Source: Laetmonice hystrix
Taxonomy: Eukaryota
Length of the DNA: 64,000 bases
Direction: 5' to 3'
NCBI GenBank assembly: GCA_965235115.1
Contig: OZ249436.1
Location: 26,662,001 to 26,726,000, forward strand
Positions 11,710 to 23,497 of the stretch are shown piece by piece (position 1 is the first letter of the stretch; each line of letters begins with the position of its first letter). Made by a program: the position numbers and the translations under genes. The notes under the pieces were generated by a model that worked only from the letters and a program-made list of their open reading frames with translations, was not told the origin of the DNA and searched no databases.

Positions 11710-12809
11710 CGGGGGTTCAAAGGTAAGTCGTAAGGCAAGTAAGGAATCGTTGGTTTCACTTTAGGCCTAATTACCACCTCAGGGATCCCACGATTAATAA
11801 AGACGTTAGCCTGACGTATGAACCCTTTTTGTTGCTATTTTAATTTTAATAGGGTGTGCAAGTGGGTCAAGAGACAACACGAGAAATCACGAGAACAGCC
11901 GAATTTGGTCCTAACGTGGTCGTAATCTCGTCACTTTGGCATTTTGAATAATTTTTTACCATACAAAACAATAGCACCAACCTGTTTTACGTATGAAAAA
12001 ATACTTTTCATTTTCTAGATGTCAAAATTGACAAAAGTCTGGTTTGAAAATGTGTTTTCTAATGCGACAATCGTTTAGGTATAGGCCTACCACTGTGACG
12101 CGTTTCGAGGTTATATCTGCTCATTAGGACACGAGACTTGCGCTCCCTATTTACTTACTCAAAAATGTTCTCTTCGATATCATGATAGGGCCTCTATGGG
12201 CAATCAAACATGCCCCCCAAAAAACGTAGTCTCAAAAGGTCCTGACTCCAAGTAGTCTGTCATAGTGATTTACCTCATTAGGTACTCTTCCACCATTGAT
12301 AAGAGCCGGGATGACACAATATACGTATGTACGAGGCAATCAAGATCATTCTATGAGACACGGCTCCTCGCGTGTGGTCTGAAACATCTTTACCAGGCGC
12401 GTTACCCCTTGTGCTCAAACCACACGTATAGGCTTAAGTAGAACTCGCCTTCATTTGGAATAGGCCCACAGGGGCGTTATACTGTATAGCGGATTTTATA
12501 CATCTCTGGGTATATGGCTTATGCGTTCTATAATAAAATCACTAACGCCTGCTACGTTCTGCCCGTGCAAGAGATGCCAACAAGGAAGCAGCATTTACGA
12601 ACTTGCTCATTCAGTATCCCAAGAAATAACGTTTAAATAAATCCTTTTTAAAGTTTGAAGTCCGAAGGAAAGCATATGAAAATGAGCATATTCTACATGG
12701 TGTAACGGAGTTTTCCATGACACGGACCCCCCCCCCCCTAGTAAACATGGAACCTCTCCATGAACTATTTCTAGAATACAGAGAGCATTTTGCATTTCAA
12801 TATGATAAT

Positions 12810-14290
12810 CGCGGCATAGCGAGCTTGTATTGGTTGCCATCAGCAGGTTTCAGGTTGAGAGTAGGCTAGTAATCGTCACGTATGTGCATGCGGCGATTGT
12901 TTTAACGGATTCGCACGCGGGTTGCCGTTTTAGTGTCCCAGGGTTTTCCGAGGGGCCTTCGAAGATCCGGTATCGGTGCCAACATCAGCGAGGGTGCTTC
13001 CCGAGGGTCGGGGGCCGGAGGGGAGGGGGGTTCAGCGGGGGAGGAGATGGAGGGGGTTGGGGGCGGCGGGGGAGGCCAGGGGCCGGGGGCGGGCAGGGAA
13101 GGGCGTCCTGTTTCTGTTGTTGTACTGTGAGGTTCCCTCTCCCCAGGTGATGCCCGATTACCAGGCATGGCTGGCAGCCTGCCCGCCCACCTCCAAACCT
13201 GCAGGCATGCTGCCTCCCTGCTACCGCGCCCCCCCCCCCCCCCCCCCGCCCAACATAAAGTCTTAACGCGCGCACGCACGCTCACAAACCGTTCTGACAA
13301 CATTCGATCACTACTGACACTAGCACTGCCCCCACTCAAGTCGCCGATATTTTCCTCCACCCCAAAGCCCAAAGTTAGAACCGCCAGGACCAAGTCCAAG
13401 CTACAAGCCTCGATCTCTGCTCCCTGCATCAACTTTCTCTTCAAGTTAAGCAGCGCTCGGCACAGACCATCCGCTTCACACAAGCCGCCACTGTTCCTCC
13501 TACACATGAGATCCATACAGCTCCATGCTGGCCGTCGGTCGACTCACACCTGACGGGCTACCGCCGCCACGACCTGGTCACATCGCCGGCAGAGATCGGG
13601 CGGGGCCCCGGGCCGACCAACCGCCACCTGACCCATGTTAACCCGCCACAGCCGATGCCAGCGACCAGACCCAGTCTTTGGGGGCCCAGCGAAACACGGC
13701 GCGCTTGCTGCTGCTGCCTACTCCTCCTCCCCCTCATCATCGTCATCACACCGAGCGTACACACCCTTTCCTACCCTTCACCCTTCCCTCGTTGCACTTC
13801 CATCCAATAAGAGTATTCGCAGCGTCGGAGGACGCCGTCGAACGCTCCGAAGGGCTTCTGCGCCTCTACGGCCCGGAGAGTCATCGCGGCCACTGCGGAG
13901 CCGAGACGCTGCTTGCTATAGTACCGCTTGTTCTTGAAGGAAAGGGATAGTCGCACGCACCGGGTCAAATAGGTTCTTCATCTTGAAACTCCCACTACTT
14001 TGTCAGTCAGGCTCGGGTCCCAAAGCGGACCAATTAATATCCTGTGGCCTGTGTTTGTCTTCAGCAGGGTAGACCGCCATCACGACAATGTTATCTCTCG
14101 CACGGGACCTTGTCAAGGTCCGCTCCAAAGACTCGGAACAGATCAAACCATTAACAGTATGTTTCTGGTCGGACTTTATGTCGAATCCTTCAGTTATGTA
14201 CAATCTGTTCGCCGCAACGCCTCGCAAACTCAACTACGACCCAGATAAAGTCAAAGTAATGGGCACCAAGGATGGAATGATCAAGTAAGT
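12810..14290. other. GC/CpG-rich coding-like island of unknown origin (decayed ORFs)
   Basis: Abrupt GC rise; 204-aa minus-strand ORF with a Pro-rich tail; adjacent stop-interrupted frames; no recognisable motif. Confidence 0.35.
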
Positions 14291-14467
14291 CTAGACTAAG
14301 GTATCATAAATCACTATTCGGCCTACTACCGGCATCTGTGCACTATTTCTTTTTGTAAGTCTTTATTATAGTTATGCATGCTCCGCCATACGAACACCGC
14401 CATTGATACTGACATTAATATTACATCACCAACCGGAACACATTTTGAACATTACGTGTGTGTTTTC

Positions 14468-14886
14468 TAAAGCTGGCCGCACATGTCCGTCAAATATGGT
14501 GCGATAGACGTGCGGCAATCGGATGCGATTAACGGATCGAAAAGAAATGTATGACTATGTACTAACCCCCGCACATGCATGCGTTTGACCGTACGGCGAG
14601 TATTTCTGACGCTTGCGGTGATCGGATGGAACAGATTTGTTTGTTTCTTCCGTCAAACGGATGCGAATCGCAAGGGATATCCCCGGAGAATGACGTCAGG
14701 CTGTGGGATATCTCCTGTTCTTCAGGTGATTCCATGTTGGCGGTTCGGCGTTGAATGGACTATCGTCGTTGAATATACGCACACATGTGCGGGGGAAAAC
14801 ACGGACGTCAATCGCATGCGATCAGCCGCATCCGTTTGACGTACGTCGATCGCACCATTTTGGACGGACATGTGCGGCCAGCTTTA
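14468..14886. mobile_element. MITE with TAAAGC...GCTTTA ends (Harbinger-like)
   Basis: taaagctggccgcacatgtccgtc...atggtgcgat pairs with atcgcaccat...gacggacatgtgcggccagcttta. Confidence 0.8.
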
Positions 14887-16261
14887 CTTCGACCACGCTC
14901 CGTCAAGGTCATGCATGATTTAGTTTTCTATAACAAGGTTGGTCTATATTTGGTAGTTGGTTCCTTTACGGGAGTAAGAGGTAAATACTCTACAAAGGAG
15001 CCACAATCAAACAGGGCCGTATTCTGACCCAAATACGCGGAAGGGGGGGGGGGGGGTGCAGTGCCTCCCGAGAAAATACTGGGTATCAATTCCAGTGTCC
15101 ATGTTTGGGATCCATGCAGGCCCAGTAGGATAATTTAAAAAACTGGAATATAAATGTTGTTCTGTATTTGCGGAACTCCCTTCTATTTTGATAACAGTGC
15201 ATTTGAAAAAGTAACAACTGACATACTTTGTCAAAAAGGTGAAGTTTACTAAAAAATTAATATTAGGGTAAAAATTAATATTAGGGTTTTACGTTTCGGC
15301 AACAGCTAGGATCATATCGAAGCGATCAGTTTTTACGGGTAGAGGACACCGCAGTACCCAGAATACCATAGACCAAGTAGCATGTAACCGACAGACTTTC
15401 TCACATGAAGGGGAGGGGATGAGGAGAGCGCCAATAACCATGAGGCGTGGTCGAGTGTGACAAAATCCACATTGCCGGGCCAGTCGTCTGGCCACAGATT
15501 GTGGTTTGGCGGGTCTCTGAAGCCTTGCGGAAACGACGACGAGGTTTTTAGGTGACGAAATGATTTTGTAAGTAAGCCAAACCACATAGAACAGCAGCCA
15601 ACATAATAACATCCGCTTGTCTGCACCTGCATCCTACTTCACAGAGCAGTGCCTCACGTATTGTTGATGCATCACTAGTTACCGTTCACATATGAATCAA
15701 ATGTGACCTCTCATAGAATAAATATGAGATTTCGTTCTGAATAATCATCATGCGGTAGGTATGCGTAATGACTGGGCCGAGTATGCCAGGTATACGTGAA
15801 TGGGCAGTTGTAGCCCACGGAAGAGTCCATTAACCACATTAAATGGCGCCCCCTGTCATTATTTATAGTCAATCAGACGAACTCAGTTGACCTCTATCCC
15901 AAATAGGCCTATACAGGCATGTTCATCCAGCATAATAGGGGTGGTGTGATGACCTTCTTGTCTTGAAACAGCTTATAACCTCACCCCATGCACCGTACCC
16001 ACCTCACCTCACACCAACCTAACCTCACCCACCCCCGCCCCCACCTCATCCTACCCCCAACACTGCCCACTGCTGCAGCTGTAGGCAGGATCAGCCTGCA
16101 GCTGTAGGCAGGATCAGCCTGCTATTAGTTCAAGGGCGATCACCAACCGCTAACATAACCAACCAGCCCTGCACGCAATTTCCTGGCAAAGGCCAGCAGT
16201 CTTTTCACTGGGACCTGACACACTTTTGCCAGAGAATTCCCACTTCCGTAAACAGTAACCA

Positions 16262-16880
16262 GCGAACTTTTGCTGATAGGCAGACACCATATGCACCCAG
16301 TCTGTGCATGACAAACGTATGATGGTGGACCTCCGGCTTAGAGTACACACTCTAGACTCGACCCTGATCAGAAAGAAAAGTTACGAGCGAAGTTTTGCGG
16401 ATAGGCAGACACCATATGCACCCAGTCTGTGCATGACAAACGTATGATGGCGGACCTCCGGCTTAGAGTACCCACTCTAGACTCGGCCCTGATCAGAAAG
16501 AAAAGTTACGAGCGAAGTTTTGCTGATAGGCAGACACCATATGCACCCAGTCTGTGCATGACAAACGTATGATGGTGGACCTCCGGCTTAGAGTACACAC
16601 TCTAGACTCGACCCTGATCAGAAAGAAAAGTTACAAGCGAAGGTTTGCTGATAGGCAGACACCATATGCACCCAGTCTGTGCATAACAAACGTATGATGG
16701 CGGACCTCCGGCTTAGAGTACACACTCTAGACTCGACCCTGATCAGAAAGAAAAGTTACAAGCGAAGGTTTGCTGATAGGCAGACACCATATGCACCCAG
16801 TCTGTGCATAACAAACGTATGATGGCGGACCTCCGGCTTAGAGTACACACTCTAGACTCGGCCCTGATCAGAAAGAAAAG
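16262..16880. repeat. 125-bp tandem repeat, ~5 near-identical copies
   Basis: The gataggcagacaccatatgcacccagtctgtgca unit recurs at 16272, 16397, 16522, 16647, 16772. Confidence 0.93.
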
Positions 16881-17552
16881 AAAAGATACATAGTGGTGTT
16901 AATCCATCACTATAAGCCATGTAATGTAGTGTTGCAGCCTCGAGGCAGGGGTATACCAACAAATTCTTGTTGGTAAAACTGAAAAAAACCTCATTCAATA
17001 TCCAATGAAACTGTGAAAGAGTCAGGGGGCACAAGTCACTGTAAATTCAATGAAATCAACACCCTTTATTCCTCGAAATCTTAGGGTGTATCCAATTCTG
17101 CGTTATGCACTGTTCGGAAGGACAGCACGTGGGGCAGAATCTTGCCTTTGTGTTTTTACTGAGGATGATATTGCCCTTCATTATGTCCAGGTGTTCCTTA
17201 CGTCATCTTGACGCCGGGTACTCTTCCCTCGTACACCAACACTCGACACTGCAGGATACCAGCTGTACCGTACACGTTCCAGCTGCAGATAACGCCAACA
17301 GTCACCAGATAAACAAAGGAGACGAAGTTCTTCATATTGTCTCAGTTGTGTTGGTGGTTCCGCCTCGGAAACGGGGTATTTTGGTTTATCTATGCAACAT
17401 TTTGCAACTGAAAGGAAACACTTCACTCTCATTCCTGGACTGCTACATCTAAGGTAATTCAGGTCATTCGAGATTTACGACGTACAATATACAGTTTGAG
17501 GAGCTAGAATTGTGCATAGGACTTAATAAATTCGAAGCAATGACACAGAGGC

Positions 17553-17583
<31 letters not shown>

Positions 17584-20356
17584 GACAGAGACGGACGGAT
17601 GTTTCAGTCATACTCAGGACGAGAATACAACGGTTGAGTTGTTCAGTCTATACGTGGACACTGTTCCCCCGAGTCCTGATGGTTTTGGATTTAGATTGGC
17701 CTTGTACGTCTCAGCGACAGCTACGGTCATATTGGTGGTTCATAAAAAATATTGATCCTGCAGGAAGTAAATGATTACCTTTCTCACATGGGGAACCAAC
17801 CCCATGGATGAGCATGTGTATGATCTCTTGACTCACACAATCCTCTACACCGTCACAAAGTGTAACGTAATTCATAAAGGAAGTACAGTGAAGTACGTTT
17901 TAAAACTTGTTGCTAACTAAAAGCTCTCTTACAATATTATTCGCTCATGGGTAGACCACTACTTGTTACATGGCAGCACACCTTGTAGTCATGGCTGAAC
18001 GTTACATTCGAAGCAGACGTCTAGAGGTACGGTGTTTCCTATTTTCAGCTCAAGCCCACAAAACATGACAGTGATTCATTAAGTGGAGCCAGACAAGTAT
18101 TGCGTACAACCGCCGTTCATCGTGTGCCTGGAGATCGTCCAAGTACTAAAAGCTCAAACGTACTGTCTCGGACCGATCGACTGATTCGACCGCGGTTCGG
18201 GATCGCTGGCAGTACGTCATCGGCACGCAGACGAACTTTGTCATCATGAAAAGGGCGCGACAACATGTCATAGCATTTTCAATCCGTGCAGCGCCCATAA
18301 AGCTACTATGGCTGCGCTGTTATCTGGAGGTCGGGAAGCGCGAGCCGAGATTTGGGCGATAGCGGTCCGGTTAATCTCCCGATCATCCGAAGTACGAGAG
18401 TAGCCGCAAGACTGAACGGTGAAGTAATGAAGGCAAATTATCCAGTTGGCAGAGCTCTGATAGTCGATGTCCAAGAAGCGCTAGAGTAGCTATTAGAGTA
18501 AATAAAAACCCACCGGCTTGGCTTGACTCTTAAAACATTTATCTTGGATGAGGACGCGACCGTCGAGGCGTTAGATAATAGTGTAGTAAATAACTGACAA
18601 ACAAAGGCGTTGTTCAAAAAATGGGGTCGCTAGCTCCGAATGCCGGGTAGAACCAACTGGATCAACAGTAGTTGTACCCCGTCGATTACACTGGTGGTTG
18701 GCCAAAGGACCGAGAATCTGGGCTTTCATATTTTATAAAAAGGTTGCCCGGTTATCATTTACACTCACGTATACTCACGGACGTAATCACTGACGCTGCC
18801 ATCGCTATTAGGGGAAGAGATTCTTCACTGAAAAAAGTTCCGAGGGGCACGTGTCTTTATAGGTACACCTCTATCAATTTGAAACGATACCTCTTATCAA
18901 AAAGGTTATGAAAATAATATTAATTAAGTAAAGTACTTTTTCAAACCTTCGATATGATCCATTTCGCAACTAAATGAAGTCCAATATAGGGTTTTTAGAA
19001 GGGCTGCTTGCACGACAATAATTTTTGAAACGTATAGTTTTGTATGCCTACAGTAAAAAAAAACTTACAAAAAACGTCAATATATAAATGCACATGCACG
19101 TGCAATCTGCACACGTTCGAGCCACGAAATAAATATTTTGTATTATAAGGAAAGCTCAGCCGAGGCGATGGCTAAGAGAATAATAACGGTCCTCTCTAGG
19201 TCCAAGGCATGCAGGCCGCACCCTTTGACTACTGGTAGATGGGATTTAAATAGTGAGCTTACGTTTTGTGGGGGTTATGCGTATCGGTCTAACATTTTCG
19301 TAGTGTCTCTATCACGCAAAGACGCAAGTAAGCTCCATCCTCCGGTCTCGGAAATCTAAACAAGCTCGCTCGAAGGAGGGCGTGGCGACACCAGTTCTAT
19401 TTGTTGTACCCGGGGAACTCACCTGGGAAACTAAACCGTTCACACCTGCAATAATGTTTTTAGATTGATGATAAGGGGGCCACCATTAGAATACCAGGGG
19501 CCTGGAGTTTTTTTAACTAAATAATTTTCGTGGGGAAAATGGGCGAAATAAATAAATTGGTACAAGACATGGTGGAAATAAATATTTTATCCTAAAAGAA
19601 GGGTGAAATAAATAAGCCGTTAAAAAGGAAAGAATTAAAAAATAAAGTTTGCCATCTCCTTTGTGAAATAAATAAATATAGCCATGAAAAAAACTCCAGC
19701 CCCCCCCCCCCCCCTAATGCCAGGCGTGAAAACAAACTCGGCAGAGGTGAATGGACATTTACAGGACGTCATTTGACGATGGTGAATAGGATTTTGACTG
19801 TGAAAACTTGAAGGAAATAGCTCCTTGGTGGACAGGTTTGCCTAGTGGAATCTTTTGACCTTATTTCACCCAATATAGTTTCTAATCTTCCGTATGTCCT
19901 TGGCATGTGATTATAAATATATTGCCGATTTTCTTGTGAGGGTCATTTATGATTTTTATATTATTAAATTATTGGCAGTATCAACCAAAGCAGGAAGGAA
20001 CCTGTAGGGACAGTCGTTTAAGAGAAACACTTGGATTCTGCGTAAAAAAGTACTGCGGGATATGGCTCCTTGAGGTACTCCCTGTTGACTTACACTGGCC
20101 ATGAGAAGGGCTTGCGAGGTCAGGCAACATCTGCTCGACCTACATCTTTGTGAAGCACCTGCAGTAAGTTTAATCAGACACCGAAACCGAACACAATGAA
20201 CTTCGAGGAATTCTGCGATGCCTGTGACCTTTCTGAAAGATATCTTGGTTACCAGTTAGCAATGCAGGTTACGAACTCGATCTGATGGGGCGAAATGATT
20301 AGCACAGGAATCTGCGTGATATGACCAAGAGACAGATAGATGCTGAGCCGTGGCTT

Positions 20357-20552
<196 letters not shown>

Positions 20553-21067
20553 CATGGATAAATGGATAATAAGTCGACTGTACACGTGGGACGTGCCTGG
20601 AGAGGACGGGCCACTAATCCTCTAAGTAAAGCCGTCTTCACCATGCTACGTATACACGCACACATGTCTGTACGTGCGTCCACGTACTCTGCCTGTATCG
20701 CCTTCCCCCACCGCAACACCTCGGACGGGCGGGCTGGCGGGGGGAAAAGGCGGCCATGAACGGCCTGCTCGCCCGACGCCATTCATCTTGGCCCGGTCAT
20801 CTCAGGGGGTCCCGGCCCCGACAGGGAGGGTTGGATTCGACTCGTAACACCTGAAGGATACCGCCTTGACAGCTAGTAGTAGTAACCTCTCAACATGATG
20901 TTATGTAGGCCTAGCCACTTTGGTGTTTCATTGGAGACTGAGTGCTTCAGCCATACGGGTCTCACTGAATGCAATTACAATGGTCGGTGAAAGTCAACTC
21001 AAGGCTGAAAATCTATTCGACACGTTTACTGTGTTTGCATTAAAACAGATGATCGAATCTAGTTCTT

Positions 21068-21490
21068 GGTCGGGGCCCATAAATGTTTGCCTAAAAATTG
21101 ACGTAGCATTGACGTAAGAAGTAGAATGCTACTTCTTATACCGATTTGACGTAGGTCCGCCTCCGTCCAAGTGGAGAGCCTCGGTAGGAACTTTTCTTTG
21201 GCGTGATGTGGGCCTTTATTTCAACGCTACATCAATTTTTATTAAAACTTTAATGGCACCACATAGAGTATGTTCCTCGTGCCACCATGAAACTTCATAT
21301 ATGTTGATGTAACATTATAAACTACATTAATTGAAGGTTTCGTATATTAATTCTTATTTTAGGAAGTTACGCAGGCAGGCTCCACCTGCGTAGAAATAAG
21401 CCCCTTACGTCAGTTACGTCGGTTACTTCTATTTGACATAAGTGATTATGGGCTATCTAAATTCTGACGTAACATTTATGGGACCCGACC
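21068..21490. mobile_element. MITE with ~20-bp TIRs
   Basis: ggtcggggcccataaatgtt / aacatttatgggacccgacc; tgacgta/tacgtca subterminal motifs. Confidence 0.6.
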
Positions 21491-21513
21491 CTGGTCTACC
21501 AAGTTCATACAAC

Positions 21514-22838
21514 CTAGGGCGACCGATATCTCATCCATCACTTGGCCATCGCCTGGCCATCGCCTCGCCACAACCCAAGCGATGGCTCAATCGACAGGTG
21601 GCCCACACTGAGGCGATGGACAGGCGATGGACAGGCGATGTGGCCACTACTAGTGGCCACACAGCCCTTACGTGACATATGACATACGTTACGTCACATA
21701 CCACGTGACGTTATATGTTACGGCACCGCCACGTGACGTTACACGTTACGTCACACGTCACGTGACGTTACACGTGATGTATGTACGTGACGTATGCCGT
21801 TATACCTTGTTACCAACACTTCAAGGGGCTTGTAATGTAAAATTAGTCGGCGTCAGTACAGGTGTCAAAGGAATGGAGGTCTGCCGGAATGGAGGTCCCC
21901 TGGACCTGGATTGCCTGGTTATGCAGGTCCTAGGTGACAAAATATAATCAAGAAATTACAAATGGATTATGAAGAAATATTTAAATAATCCTAGAAATGC
22001 GGGTCCGTCGGACCTATACAGAAATGCAGGTCGATCGAACCTGCATTTCCGACTTGGATTCCTATCACATCTGTCGTGGTGTGAAACGTGACATGGGCTG
22101 TGGGGTTGGTTTTAGAGGCCATTGTACTTCAATACAATCATTTGTGAAGTAGCATTACAGGTCCCTCTTTAGACGTGTGTGACGTCACGTGACGTTATAC
22201 GTTACGTTACGTCAAATCTAATGATCGGAAAGGAAAGAGCTCATATGATTTCCTATACATTATGTATTTTCATATGCCTACATAGCATAGAGGCCTATAG
22301 GCTCATCTGCCGGTTCGAAAGGGACCACCGCGTCTTTTGTCGTTTTCTATGAATGTACGTAGACCTGTCTCGACGCACGGCAAGCCCCCAACCTGACTAG
22401 ATTGGGGATAAAATAAAACGACAAACAAAACAACAATATTAATAAAATATCTAATATCTTGGTATTGGTGAAACTAATACTATTTTAAAGTCAAAGATCG
22501 AAAATTGAGTAACCAAGTAGCTGGGCGATGAAGCGATAATATCAAAATGTTTTGATATTATCGCTTGGCTCGGCGATGCCTTCAGGCGACAGAATAATCC
22601 CGTCGCCTGGACACCCACACTGGGGCGATGACAGAGCGATGTACCAAGACGCAAGCGATAGCAAAATTGGTCCATCGATCGCCTTGGTCTGTTCCATAAA
22701 ATGCTTTGGTCGGCGATGACCGCCGATGATCAGGCGATGAAGTGCAAATCATCGCCTGAGCGCCCAGACTGCGGCGATGACACAGGCGACAGCCAAGCGA
22801 TGCAAAAATGGCCAAGCGATCGCCATCGATCGCCCTAG
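21514..22838. mobile_element. Cluster of hAT-like MITE remnants rich in GCGAT/ATCGC and ACGT motifs
   Basis: ctagggcgaccgat (21514) versus atcgatcgccctag (~22838); ACGT-rich inverted blocks 21670-21840 and 22150-22215. Confidence 0.45.
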
Positions 22839-23255
22839 TCTGTTTCCGGCTATCAAACGGCAAAGGACTGCACAGGGAGGGCCCAACGCCGTAGGTGACT
22901 GGTATCCGCATATAGTTTCACTACCGGTCACACAATGTTGAAGAAGCTAGCACAGCAAAAAACACTATCCATCTGGCCGTAGACCTTCCCCGACCTGTCT
23001 ACACGTCACTAGACATAGTATACCTAACTGAAGGGAGAGAACCTTTGGCCAACTTTAGAGACGCACTCACTAAAAGGTCATGCCACTTGTTTGTAAATTT
23101 CCACGGTACAAAGCACCACATCCCCAAGGGGATCGATCCAATAGGGCAAAAACCTAAAAAGAATCCCTTTTCAATAATCATCAAAAGGTTACCGGCTTGC
23201 TGAAGAAAATAACACTCGAATGGAAGTGAAAACGGCCCAGAAACCTGTGCAACGG

Positions 23256-23497
23256 CAGCAATGTGCCCCAGCTGCACATGGTGCGGCACATGGTGCGGCA
23301 CATGGTGCGGCACACGGTGCGGCACAATGTGCCCCAGCGGCACACGGTGCGGTACATGGTGCGGCACAATGTGCCCCAGCGGCACACGGTGCGGCACATG
23401 GTGCGGCACATGGTGCGGCACATGGTGCGGCACAATGTGCCCCAGCGGCACACGGTGCGGCACATGGTGCGGCACAATGTGCGTCAGAGGTACATGG
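23256..23497. repeat. 12-bp minisatellite (ggtgcggcacat) with an interspersed variant unit
   Basis: Repeated catggtgcggca and caatgtgccccagcgg units. Confidence 0.9.
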
